This document shows, piece after piece, positions 43,864 through 52,681 of a stretch of 54,991 nt of DNA. The stretch spans positions 1 to 54,991 of the forward strand of contig WLIL01000001.1 of NCBI GenBank assembly GCA_009702245.1, given 5' to 3'. The notes under the pieces were generated by a model. That model had not been told where the DNA came from and did no database searches. It saw only the letters and a list, made by a program, of their open reading frames with translations. The stretch comes from Actinomycetota bacterium (GTDB lineage: Bacteria; Actinomycetota; Actinomycetes; Nanopelagicales; Nanopelagicaceae). Positions within the stretch are counted from its first letter, which is position 1. Every line of letters begins with the position of its first letter. A program made the translations under genes and the position numbers.

Positions 43864-45402
43864 CTAGGAGCAGACGAGGCCGGCTTTGGGGAGGGTTCCG
43901 GAGAGGAAATAGGCGTCGACAGCGGCATCTATGCAGGTACTGCCCCGGGTGTAGGCGGTGTGGCCATCCCCGTCGAAGACCAGCAGGTGCCCGGTTTTGA
44001 GCTGGGTAGCCAGCCCTCTGGACCACTGGATCGGGGTGGCCGGGTCTCGGGTGGTCCCCACGACCAGGATGGGGCTCGAGCCGACCGCAGTCAGTGGGGT
44101 GGGGATGGGCTTGGAAGGAACTGGCCAATAATTGCAAGGGAAGGAACTCCAGGCTAAGTACCCGCCAAAAGTAGGTGATGCCTTCGCAAGGGTGACCGCT
44201 TCTGCGCGCACGGATTCAATCGTGACGCGTTGATTCTTGTCCATGCAATTGACTGCGTAACCAATCTCGTTGGAGTTGATGAGGTACTTACCGTCTGGTC
44301 CACGATCGACGTAGTAATCAGCAAGATCAAGTAGATCTGTTCCGTCACCTTGTACGGCAGTGGTAAGTGCGTAGGTGAGTGAAGCCCATCCGCCATCGCT
44401 GTCGTAGAGCGAACTAAGAATTCCAAGGATGACTTCTGATTGTGTAACTGGGCGCTTTGATTTACTGGGAAGCGGCGTGGAATCCGAGGTGGCAATCAAT
44501 TCATCGATTGTGGAGTGTGCCTCTTCGCGAGTAACTCCAAAAGGGCACTCACCAGTTGATGCGCAATCTGCGGCGTACTTGTCGAGGTATGTATTAAGTG
44601 CGGCTTCGAATGCTTTCGCTTGTTCTATATTCATCTCTTGTAGCGAGACAGTGGGATCAACCGCACCGTCAAGAACTAATCGACCCACATTCTGCGGAAA
44701 GAGGTGCGCGTAACTTGCGCCCAGCAGCGTTCCGTATGACTTCCCTAGCATGTTGAGTTTCTTATCCCCCAAAACTGCACGCAGTACATCAAGATCTCTG
44801 GCCGCATCAGTGGTACCAATAAACGGAAGCAAGGTGCCAGAGCGCTCCAAGCATCGCCGTGCGAGCAATTTTGCTTGATCAATGAATGCCCGTTCCTGCG
44901 CAGCGGTAGAGGGGGATCCATCGACTGAAACGAATTTGTCCGTCTCAGGTCCAGTGAAACACCAGAGCGGAGTTGACGCTCCCACGCCTCGAGGATCAAA
45001 ACCAACAATGTCGTAGCGCTTCAAGACTTCTGAAGTCACGATGTATGCCGCGCTCCTGGCATATTCCACACCAGAGCCGCCCGGCCCTCCAGGATTTACC
45101 AAGAGTGACCCCAGTCGATTCGCCTTATCTTGTGCGAGATGGCGCACCACTGAGAGCGTGATCGCCTTTGCGCCAGGATTGGCATAATCAAGCGGAACTC
45201 TCACGGTGGTGCACTCAAATCCAGTTTCACACTTCTCCCAAGAGAGTGTTTGGGTCATGTACCCCTGAAGATTGAGAAACGGCTTCGCTTCTCCGGTGGG
45301 CGACTTTGCTGGATTGGTCGTGGCCCGCGTCAAGAAGTAGGCGGAGAAAAGCGCCACCAGAATCATGAAGAAGGCGATAGGAAGAATGCGTTGTGGTTTC
45401 AC
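43864..45402 (-). CDS. secreted alpha/beta hydrolase, tripeptidyl-aminopeptidase (TAP)-like
   Basis: 512 aa. The GTG start overlaps the holB stop (GTGA). It has a signal/anchor segment, NPGGPGGSG, a GKSYGT nucleophile elbow and a C-terminal TAP domain with DGDGHTAY. Confidence 0.85.
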   Translation of the reverse strand: MKPQRILPIAFFMILVALFSAYFLTRATTNPAKSPTGEAKPFLNLQGYMTQTLSWEKCETGFECTTVRVPLDYANPGAKAITLSVVRHLAQDKANRLGSLLVNPGGPGGSGVEYARSAAYIVTSEVLKRYDIVGFDPRGVGASTPLWCFTGPETDKFVSVDGSPSTAAQERAFIDQAKLLARRCLERSGTLLPFIGTTDAARDLDVLRAVLGDKKLNMLGKSYGTLLGASYAHLFPQNVGRLVLDGAVDPTVSLQEMNIEQAKAFEAALNTYLDKYAADCASTGECPFGVTREEAHSTIDELIATSDSTPLPSKSKRPVTQSEVILGILSSLYDSDGGWASLTYALTTAVQGDGTDLLDLADYYVDRGPDGKYLINSNEIGYAVNCMDKNQRVTIESVRAEAVTLAKASPTFGGYLAWSSFPCNYWPVPSKPIPTPLTAVGSSPILVVGTTRDPATPIQWSRGLATQLKTGHLLVFDGDGHTAYTRGSTCIDAAVDAYFLSGTLPKAGLVCS

Positions 45403-46586
45403 TCGCCACCCCTAGCGGGTAGACGCAGCGCCAACATCATCGACTCAAGTGCGAGTAGCGGGGCCACGTTGAAGGCAAGGGCCTTGCGCGCACCCATAAT
45501 TGCCTCCACTCGGTGCAACGCACCCTCGCCGGGAATTTGCGAAGCCACATCGGTGACGGTCGCGCGTAAATCCTCGTTGATCAATGGTGCCTCAGCACCT
45601 GCCTGTACAAGAAGCACATCTCTATAGAAAGTAGCTAAATCTAGAAGGGCTATATCTAGGAAGGCGCGGTTGCGAGCAGTAGTTCGCGACTTCTGCGTCT
45701 TCTCTAATTCTTTAATTGCCTTGGCAGCCCCGGATGGCATTCCTTTGCCGGTAGCGCCATGGCCCCAAGCAGTTGAAAGCTCAGACATCTCACGCTCATC
45801 GCGATCGGCGTTCTCGCGCACCGACTCTTCAGTCGCCGCGCGATGTAATTCAGCCGCAGTGGAGAGCGCCTCCCCTACAGTGCGAATGCGCGCCGGAATT
45901 GCAAGTAAATCGTGGCGAAACTTACGAGCATCTTCATCGAAAGCCAACCATTTCGCGCGACCTACATGCCCCTGACTAGCGCGAGCAACGTGCGCGGCCA
46001 TCGTGGGATCTACGCCATCGCGCTCAATAAGCACTGTCGCTACATCTTGATGTGAAGGAGTGCGTAAAAGAATAGAACGGCAGCGCGAACGGATCGTGGG
46101 CAACACATCTGATGGGCTCGGCGCGCAGAGGAACCACGTCGTAAAGCTGCCCGGCTCTTCAATCGCTTTCAAGAGCGCGTTTGCGGCTGTCTCAGTGAGT
46201 TTGTCCGCATCTTCAATGATGACAACGCGAAAACTTCCGGTAGCTGGTGCCCATGCCGCGCGCACAATTAATTCACGAATTTGATCAGCCTTGATTGAGA
46301 GGCCTTCACTTTCCATGAGCTCTACATCTGCGTGTGTGCCGGCGTAGACCTCTCGGCAGGTAGCGCACTCACCGCAACCGCGTTCTGAACAGAGCAGCGC
46401 GGCGGCAAATGCGCGTGCCGCGTTCGAGCGACCAGAACCTGGCGGACCAGTAAAGAGCCAGGCATGTGTCATGGCACCAGATTCGCGCGCCTCTTCGTCT
46501 ATCCCACGAGCCCCGCGGACTGCACGTTCGATGATGGCGATCGCTTCTTGTTGACCTACAAGATCAGCAAAAACTGGTGCTGCCAT
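45399..46586 (-). CDS. holB: DNA polymerase III subunit delta'
   Basis: 395 aa. It has the P-loop-like GPPGSGRS, a Zn module (CSERGCGECATCRE) and SRC-motif-type TIRSRC. It lies directly downstream of tmk, as in Streptomyces-type genomes. Confidence 0.9.
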   Translation of the reverse strand: MAAPVFADLVGQQEAIAIIERAVRGARGIDEEARESGAMTHAWLFTGPPGSGRSNAARAFAAALLCSERGCGECATCREVYAGTHADVELMESEGLSIKADQIRELIVRAAWAPATGSFRVVIIEDADKLTETAANALLKAIEEPGSFTTWFLCAPSPSDVLPTIRSRCRSILLRTPSHQDVATVLIERDGVDPTMAAHVARASQGHVGRAKWLAFDEDARKFRHDLLAIPARIRTVGEALSTAAELHRAATEESVRENADRDEREMSELSTAWGHGATGKGMPSGAAKAIKELEKTQKSRTTARNRAFLDIALLDLATFYRDVLLVQAGAEAPLINEDLRATVTDVASQIPGEGALHRVEAIMGARKALAFNVAPLLALESMMLALRLPARGGE

Positions 46587-48613
46587 TATTTCGCGGCCCG
46601 ATTCTCAGGTGCTGCCAGCAGAGCGGCGAATCGATCTCGAATAATACGTTTCACTTCGGTATGCGATTGGTTTGCTTCTATTACCAAGTATCGCTCTGGC
46701 TCCACACGAGCCAATTCTAAGAAGGTACGCCGCACACGTTCATGAAATTCCATAGGTTCGCTCTCGAGCCTGTCTTTATCAACACAACGCGAAAGTCCGA
46801 TGCGAGGATCAATATCGAGTACGACGGTGATATCGGGAACCAATCCACTTGTCGCCCAACGCGAAAGGCGAAGTACATCTTCACTGGGCAGAATGCGCCC
46901 ACCACCTTGATACGCAATAGATGAATCGATGTAACGATCCGAGATGACCACTTCATTGCGATCGAGAGCTGGGCGAATCACAGTCTCCACGTGCTCAGCA
47001 CGGTCTGCCGCGTAGAGCAGCGCTTCCGCCCGCGGGGCGACCTCACCGGTGGCCGGATCGAGTAACACCTGACGAATTTTCTTACCTACTTCGGTACCGC
47101 CTGGTTCCCGGCTCAGAGTTACCACGCGTCCTTGGCTTTCTAGCCAGGTTTTTAATTCTTTTGCTTGGGTAGATTTTCCAGAACCTTCGCCACCTTCAAA
47201 GGCAATAAATATGCCCTTCTTGGCATGCAGATTGACCACACCAATATCCCCGCGCAAGGCATCCATGATGTCGCCCCAAAGCGGAACACCTTTTCGGTCA
47301 TCCATTTGCTTGTAAGAAATGATTCCTACGATCGCGGCCAAAATTCCACCTAATAAGAGCGTGATTTCAGCACCATTATAAATCAATTGGGTGTTGTTGA
47401 ACTTGAGAGTGTGCTTACCAATCGCAGCTGCAATCACTGGAGCAACGGCAAGTACCAAAACCAATGTGATCCGAATGAGAGTCTGCACGAAAGCGAATGT
47501 TCGCCCTCGAACTTCATCACGCACTTCCAAGCCGAGCATAGTGAAGCCACTGACCCATGCAGTGCCAGCGCAGAAACCCAAAAAGATCGTCGTGATAAAA
47601 GCAATCACGATATTAGGAATGGCGGCGAGGAAAACCAGTCCCACACCTGAAAGCGTGAGCGCCAGACCGAAAAGGCGGCGGCGCGAGAATCCGGAGAGCA
47701 AGCGCGGTCCCCAGCCCATTCCAGCAGCCAAACCTAGGAAGACGCCGGCAAAGAGCATTCCGTATGCCGCATCTCCGCCGCCAAGATCTCCCACGAAGGT
47801 TCGTGCCAATCCAACAACTGCACCACCTGCAGCAAAAGCGCCGAGCATGCCCACAATGAGTGCGCGAATCAGCGGAGTTGAACCGACAAACTTCCAGCCC
47901 TCGATGAGCGACCGCATCATGTTGATGTTTTCGCCTTCAGGACCACCCTTGCTCTTAGGAATTTCCTTGAGTCGATAGATCGTGTAAGCACTGAAGGCAA
48001 AACTAAAACCATCTAGATAGAGAGCAAGATCCACCGGGTTTGTAGAGAAGGAACCGACCTTAATAGAGAGTGCAGAATGGAAAAGGGCCAGCAAGGAGAA
48101 GAGTGCGGCAGCGATAGGTGCGGTTCCATATGCAGCCAACATACTTACTTGATTTGCCGCTTCCAGTCGATCGCGTGGCACGATATTGGGAACGGTTGCC
48201 TCTTTAGCGGGACTCCAAAAAAGTGTGATGGCTTCGATAAGCACGGTTGCTGTGTAGAGCCACCAAAATTCCCTAATCAATGGAATCGATATGAATAAAC
48301 CTGCACGCAAAATGTCGCAGGTGTACATGAGTCGACGACGATCAAAGCGATCAACAATCACCCCGGCAAATGGGCCAATGACTACCGCAGGTAAGAGGCG
48401 CACGATAAAAACTCCGGCAATGGCCACGTTTGCTTTTGCATAATCATCACCGGCAAGTTGCTTAGCAAGGGCAGTGCAAGCGAGCAGTCCGAGCCAGTCA
48501 CCAAGGCTCCCGAAGGCCATCGCACGCCAGAGCCGAGCAAAAGCGGGGATCACCAGCACGCCTCGAAGATCGCCTTGGGCAGGCGGGCTGGGATTAGGAA
48601 GGACCTCGGACAC
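46586..48613 (-). CDS. tmk: MFS-type membrane domain fused to thymidylate kinase
   Basis: 675 aa. Residues 1 to about 440 carry around 12 hydrophobic segments (MFS-like). The C-terminal portion, from about residue 470 (about 200 aa), is a dTMP kinase (FIAFEGGEGSGKSTQ P-loop, DRY motif in ISDRYIDSS). Confidence 0.85.
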   Translation of the reverse strand: MSEVLPNPSPPAQGDLRGVLVIPAFARLWRAMAFGSLGDWLGLLACTALAKQLAGDDYAKANVAIAGVFIVRLLPAVVIGPFAGVIVDRFDRRRLMYTCDILRAGLFISIPLIREFWWLYTATVLIEAITLFWSPAKEATVPNIVPRDRLEAANQVSMLAAYGTAPIAAALFSLLALFHSALSIKVGSFSTNPVDLALYLDGFSFAFSAYTIYRLKEIPKSKGGPEGENINMMRSLIEGWKFVGSTPLIRALIVGMLGAFAAGGAVVGLARTFVGDLGGGDAAYGMLFAGVFLGLAAGMGWGPRLLSGFSRRRLFGLALTLSGVGLVFLAAIPNIVIAFITTIFLGFCAGTAWVSGFTMLGLEVRDEVRGRTFAFVQTLIRITLVLVLAVAPVIAAAIGKHTLKFNNTQLIYNGAEITLLLGGILAAIVGIISYKQMDDRKGVPLWGDIMDALRGDIGVVNLHAKKGIFIAFEGGEGSGKSTQAKELKTWLESQGRVVTLSREPGGTEVGKKIRQVLLDPATGEVAPRAEALLYAADRAEHVETVIRPALDRNEVVISDRYIDSSIAYQGGGRILPSEDVLRLSRWATSGLVPDITVVLDIDPRIGLSRCVDKDRLESEPMEFHERVRRTFLELARVEPERYLVIEANQSHTEVKRIIRDRFAALLAAPENRAAK

Positions 48614-48651
48614 GTCGAAAGCCTAGCCCGACCTGGTAGGCCTAGCCGAGG

Positions 48652-51372
48652 CTAGACGGCTACCGGCTTCTTGGAAGGCGCTTTCTTGGCTACTGCCTTC
48701 TTCGCTGCTGTCTTTCCAGGGGCCTTCTTAGTGGCTGCCTTCTTGGCTGCGGCCTTCTTGGGGGCCTTGCTGGCGCCACGCTGAGGAGAGCGCTTCTTTA
48801 CGCGTGGACCCTCCTCCAATTCCTTGGCCCGCTTCTCCGCCAGTAGTTCTAGGGCGCGATCGAGGGTAAGGGTTTCGATGGGGTCGTTACGACGAAGAGT
48901 GGCATTTGTCTCGCCGTCGGTGACATAGGCACCGAAGCGTCCATCCTTAACCACGACTGCGCGAGTCGAGGCAGGGTCTTGACCGAGCTCCTTGAGAGGT
49001 GGCTTAGCGACGCCTCGCCCACGGAACTTGGGCAGCGCATAAATTGCCACCGCCTCATCAAGTGTCAGCGTGAAGAGCAGTGCCTCTGAATCTATGGTGC
49101 GCGAATCTGTGCCACGACGAAGGTAAGGACCAAAGGGACCGTTTTGCGCGGTGATCTCTACTTGAGTTGTTGGATCGATACCCACTACGCGCGGAAGTGT
49201 GAAGAGTTTGAGTGCATCATCGATGCTGATGGTGTCGAGGCTCATATCTTTAAAGAGCGATGCAGTCTTTGCCTTCACTGCCTTAGCACCTTTCGTAGGC
49301 ACATCATCAGGAAGAACTTCGGTGACGTATGGACCGTAGCGACCATCCTTAGCAAGAATCACGCGACCTGTGGTGGGATCGTTGCCAAGAATGCGCTCGC
49401 CACTTGGGCGATTGAAAAGTTCTTGCGCCATTGCGAGTGTTAATTCATCAGGTGCCATATCGAGAGGAATATTTGTAGTGCGGCGGGTCTCTCCTTCACC
49501 GATTTCTAAGTAATTTCCAAAACGACCAACGCGAAGCGAGATACCTTCACCTACTTCGAAAGTATTTACTTCGCGAGCATCGATCGCACCAAGATCTGCA
49601 GTCAGCGCATCAAGGCCGGGGACGCCATCGAGACCAAAATAGAAACCGGTAAGCCAACGAACGCGATCTTCGGTTCCTTCGGCAATTCGATCGAGATCTT
49701 CCTCCATTGATGCGGTGAAATCGTAATCAACCAACTTAGCGAAGTGTTGTTCGAGCAATCCCACCACTGCAAAGGCGAGGAAGGTGGGAACTAAGGAACG
49801 CCCACGCTTTGATACATATCCGCGGTCTTGAATAGTTTGCAAAATCGTGGCGAATGTTGATGGTCGTCCAATGCCGAGTTCTTCCATACGGGCAACCAAA
49901 GTTGGTTCGGTGTAGCGCGATGGTGGCTGTGTGGTGTGACCCTCGGCGCCAAATTTTTCAACGGCAACGGTGTCGCCTTGAGAGAGCGGCGGCAAGCGAC
50001 GCGCATCGTCATCATCGCTGTCGTCTTTCGCCTCTTCGTAAGCGGCGAGGAAGCCAGGGAAAGTAACAACGGTACCAGTGGCCCGGAAATCAACTTTGCG
50101 ACCATCGGATGCATCAGCGTCCATATCTACGCGCACTTGAAGCTTGCGAGCATCAGCCATCTGTGAGGCGACAGTGCGCTTCCAGATCAAGTCATAGAGC
50201 GAGAGTTCGTCACGTGAGAGTTCGTTAGCCACTTCACCAGGGGTACGGAAGGCGTCTCCGGCTGGGCGAACTGCTTCGTGAGCTTCTTGTGCGTTCTTGG
50301 CTTTGCCGGTGTATTGACGTGGACCTTCAGCTACATGGTCAGCGCCGTAGAGCGCAGCTGCTGATGCACGTGCGGCATTGATCGCTGTGGTGGAAAGTGT
50401 GGGTGAATCGGTACGCATATACGTGATGTAACCGTTTTCATAAAGTCGTTGAGCAACGCGCATCGTGATCTGAGCGCCCCAACCAAGTCGACGGCCAGCA
50501 TCTTGTTGCAAAGTAGAAGTGGTAAACGGCGCCTTGGGACGCTCAACGCGCGCAGATTCCTCAACGCTACGTACTTTGAGAGAACTTCCCTCAAGAACTT
50601 GCACGAGCGTAGCTGCGCTCTGCTCATCGAGAAGAAGTGTCTCACTCGCTGCTTTAGCAGAGAGCTTGCCATCATCACCGAAATCTTTTCCACCCGTGAG
50701 TCGCTTGCCATCTACTGAAAGCATGCGCGCTGTGAAACCACCAGCGCATTGAGCATTAATATCCCACCAACCAGAGGCAACAAATTTAATGCGTTCGCGT
50801 TCGCGCTCCACTACTAGGCGGGTAGCAACGGATTGTACGCGTCCCGCAGAGAGACGTGGCATGACTTTCTTCCAGAGCACAGGAGAGAGGCGATATCCGT
50901 AGAGACGGTCAAGGATACGACGAGTTTCTTGTGCATCAACGAGTCGTTGATCTAGTTCACGAGTATTGGCAGCAGCTTCTAGAATTGCTTCCTTAGTAAT
51001 TTCATGGAAGACCATTCGACGTACTGGAACTTTTGGTTGCAATACTTCAAGTAAGTGCCACGCAATAGCTTCGCCTTCGCGGTCCTCATCTGTTGCCAGG
51101 AGAAGTTCGGTCGCATCTTTGAGCAGCGCCTTGAGCTCACTAACTTTTTTCTTCTTATCTCCATCAACCACATAGAGAGGTTCGAAACCGTTATCTACGT
51201 TGACGCCTTCTTTGGCCCACGCGATGCCCTTGTATGCGGCTGGAATATCAGCAGCGCGTTGTGGCAGATCGCGAATGTGACCCACGCTGGCTTCCACCAC
51301 ATATCCATCGCCCAGGAATTGACCAATCTTCTTGGCTTTCGCGGGTGATTCAACGATGACCAGGCGGGTCAT
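48652..51372 (-). CDS. topA: DNA topoisomerase I with a lysine-rich C-terminal tail
   Basis: 906 aa. It has a TOPRIM N-terminus (LVIVESPAKAKKI...), an active-site region (GYITYMRTDS) and the C-terminal tail ...KKRSPQRGASKAPKKAAAKKAATKKAPGKTAAKKAVAKKAPSKKPVAV. An AAGGAG ribosome-binding site lies upstream. Confidence 0.95.
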   Translation of the reverse strand: MTRLVIVESPAKAKKIGQFLGDGYVVEASVGHIRDLPQRAADIPAAYKGIAWAKEGVNVDNGFEPLYVVDGDKKKKVSELKALLKDATELLLATDEDREGEAIAWHLLEVLQPKVPVRRMVFHEITKEAILEAAANTRELDQRLVDAQETRRILDRLYGYRLSPVLWKKVMPRLSAGRVQSVATRLVVERERERIKFVASGWWDINAQCAGGFTARMLSVDGKRLTGGKDFGDDGKLSAKAASETLLLDEQSAATLVQVLEGSSLKVRSVEESARVERPKAPFTTSTLQQDAGRRLGWGAQITMRVAQRLYENGYITYMRTDSPTLSTTAINAARASAAALYGADHVAEGPRQYTGKAKNAQEAHEAVRPAGDAFRTPGEVANELSRDELSLYDLIWKRTVASQMADARKLQVRVDMDADASDGRKVDFRATGTVVTFPGFLAAYEEAKDDSDDDDARRLPPLSQGDTVAVEKFGAEGHTTQPPSRYTEPTLVARMEELGIGRPSTFATILQTIQDRGYVSKRGRSLVPTFLAFAVVGLLEQHFAKLVDYDFTASMEEDLDRIAEGTEDRVRWLTGFYFGLDGVPGLDALTADLGAIDAREVNTFEVGEGISLRVGRFGNYLEIGEGETRRTTNIPLDMAPDELTLAMAQELFNRPSGERILGNDPTTGRVILAKDGRYGPYVTEVLPDDVPTKGAKAVKAKTASLFKDMSLDTISIDDALKLFTLPRVVGIDPTTQVEITAQNGPFGPYLRRGTDSRTIDSEALLFTLTLDEAVAIYALPKFRGRGVAKPPLKELGQDPASTRAVVVKDGRFGAYVTDGETNATLRRNDPIETLTLDRALELLAEKRAKELEEGPRVKKRSPQRGASKAPKKAAAKKAATKKAPGKTAAKKAVAKKAPSKKPVAV

Positions 51373-51528
51373 TTAGGACTCCTTAGGGAAGGGGTGGAAC
51401 ATAACGAAGAGCTCCTCAGCGCAGGCCTTACGACCCCAGCTTCTGGACGCTCCTATATATAGAGTGTGGCGGTAGGGGGCGGGTGCCTGTCAAACTGGGG
51501 TCCCATAAGTGCAGGTCAATGGCTTTTT

Positions 51529-52668
51529 CTAGGCTGGGAGCAAGAGTCCAAAACGAATGAGTTCGCGGATGAGGTCCATTCCACCCTCATAAGCCGCACT
51601 CACCGCCCTCACAAAGTCACTCTCCGAGTAAATCGAGACTACCTCTGGATCAAGGGCTACGGCCCGGCGCAAGCCACTCGTTTGCACCAAAGTGTGCCCT
51701 GAAGCGATGACGTCAGGGTGTGCGGTCCAGGAGCGCTCAAGGATCTCATCGTCTTCCAAATCATGAGCCAGATTTGCACCAGCGAAATATTCAAGTAGGG
51801 CGGGGGAAAGTGGATTTTCTAAAAGATCAAGCTGCTGCGGGATCTCTTCGAGGTAGCGATGCGGGAAGAATGAATCGCGTTTGTGTAGCGCGATCCACCC
51901 AAAACCCACGCCGTCGTAGGGCGCAAGATATTCCAACCAGCGTTTCTTGATTTCTGCGCGATCAGTCACTCCACCATCGTCGAGCCAAAGTTCTACATAA
52001 TCTTCGGCGGAGAGACGTTCGCGCTGAACGACCCACGCATCGCAACCCGTAGGTGCTATCCAATCAATGAGTCGATCGCGCCAATCATCTTTGATTAACC
52101 AATTAGCAAGACAGATAAGCCAACCATCATCATTTAAGAAATCCGCGGCGTTACTCACGATTTCTCGGCTTACTGAATCGCCCTCCATTCCTGCATCGCG
52201 ATATTCAAAAAGCGCAGATGGGGCAATCACAAATGGCGGATTGCACACAATGAGATCGAATGTTTCGCCGATAACGGGCTGGTAGAGGGAGCCCTGACGT
52301 AAATCGATGCTAATTCCGGAAATTTGTGCACTTCTGTGCGCCAATTCCAAGGCGCGGATGTTTGTGTCTGTGCCAACAATTTCGTCTACATGCTCAGAGA
52401 GAAAGAGTGATTGAATTCCAGAGCCGGTGCCTAGATCGAGTGCACTCTTGAAGTGCGTTCGCGGTGTGAGAGAGGCGAGCGTCAACGAAGCGTTGCTCAT
52501 GCCAAGTACGTAATCATTCCCACGCTCTTGGGGCGTTCCTTCATCTGAAAGGAGAAACTTTCCAGGAAGGGGCTCTTCGACTTTGAGGCCGTCCATCGCG
52601 TAGCGCGAGGTAAATCCAGGGAGAAAAAGAGAGAGCGGGGAGTCGTTAACCGACTCCCCGCTCTCCAT
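51529..52668 (-). CDS. class I SAM-dependent methyltransferase with an NPPF motif (substrate unknown)
   Basis: 379 aa. Motif I is ALDLGTGSGIQ and motif IV is LIVCNPPFV, as in the N5-glutamine / m2G / N6-adenine methyltransferase type. Extra N- and C-terminal domains flank the core. Confidence 0.75.
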   Translation of the reverse strand: MESGESVNDSPLSLFLPGFTSRYAMDGLKVEEPLPGKFLLSDEGTPQERGNDYVLGMSNASLTLASLTPRTHFKSALDLGTGSGIQSLFLSEHVDEIVGTDTNIRALELAHRSAQISGISIDLRQGSLYQPVIGETFDLIVCNPPFVIAPSALFEYRDAGMEGDSVSREIVSNAADFLNDDGWLICLANWLIKDDWRDRLIDWIAPTGCDAWVVQRERLSAEDYVELWLDDGGVTDRAEIKKRWLEYLAPYDGVGFGWIALHKRDSFFPHRYLEEIPQQLDLLENPLSPALLEYFAGANLAHDLEDDEILERSWTAHPDVIASGHTLVQTSGLRRAVALDPEVVSIYSESDFVRAVSAAYEGGMDLIRELIRFGLLLPA

Positions 52669-52681
52669 GTACGTTTTTGAA

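Noticed and set aside
43843-44157. 104-aa plus-strand and 95-aa minus-strand (43850-44137) ORFs at the 3' end of the TAP-like hydrolase gene.
   Set aside because: They exist only because the local ~70% G+C patch suppresses stop codons in all frames. Their translations are Gly/Pro/Arg-rich. The hydrolase frame continues into a conserved TAP C-terminal domain.
47391-47978. 195-aa plus-strand ORF, with 47387-47650, inside the MFS domain of the tmk fusion gene.
   Set aside because: The translation is Pro/Arg/Ser/Thr/Lys-rich low-complexity sequence, typical of the antisense of a hydrophobic membrane gene. The minus-strand frame is much longer and carries recognisable domains.
48655-48830. Periodic gccttcttgg repeats that could be a CRISPR-like or tandem-repeat element.
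   Set aside because: The repeats are short (about 9-12 nt), contiguous and without spacers. They are in frame and encode the lysine-rich tail of TopA.
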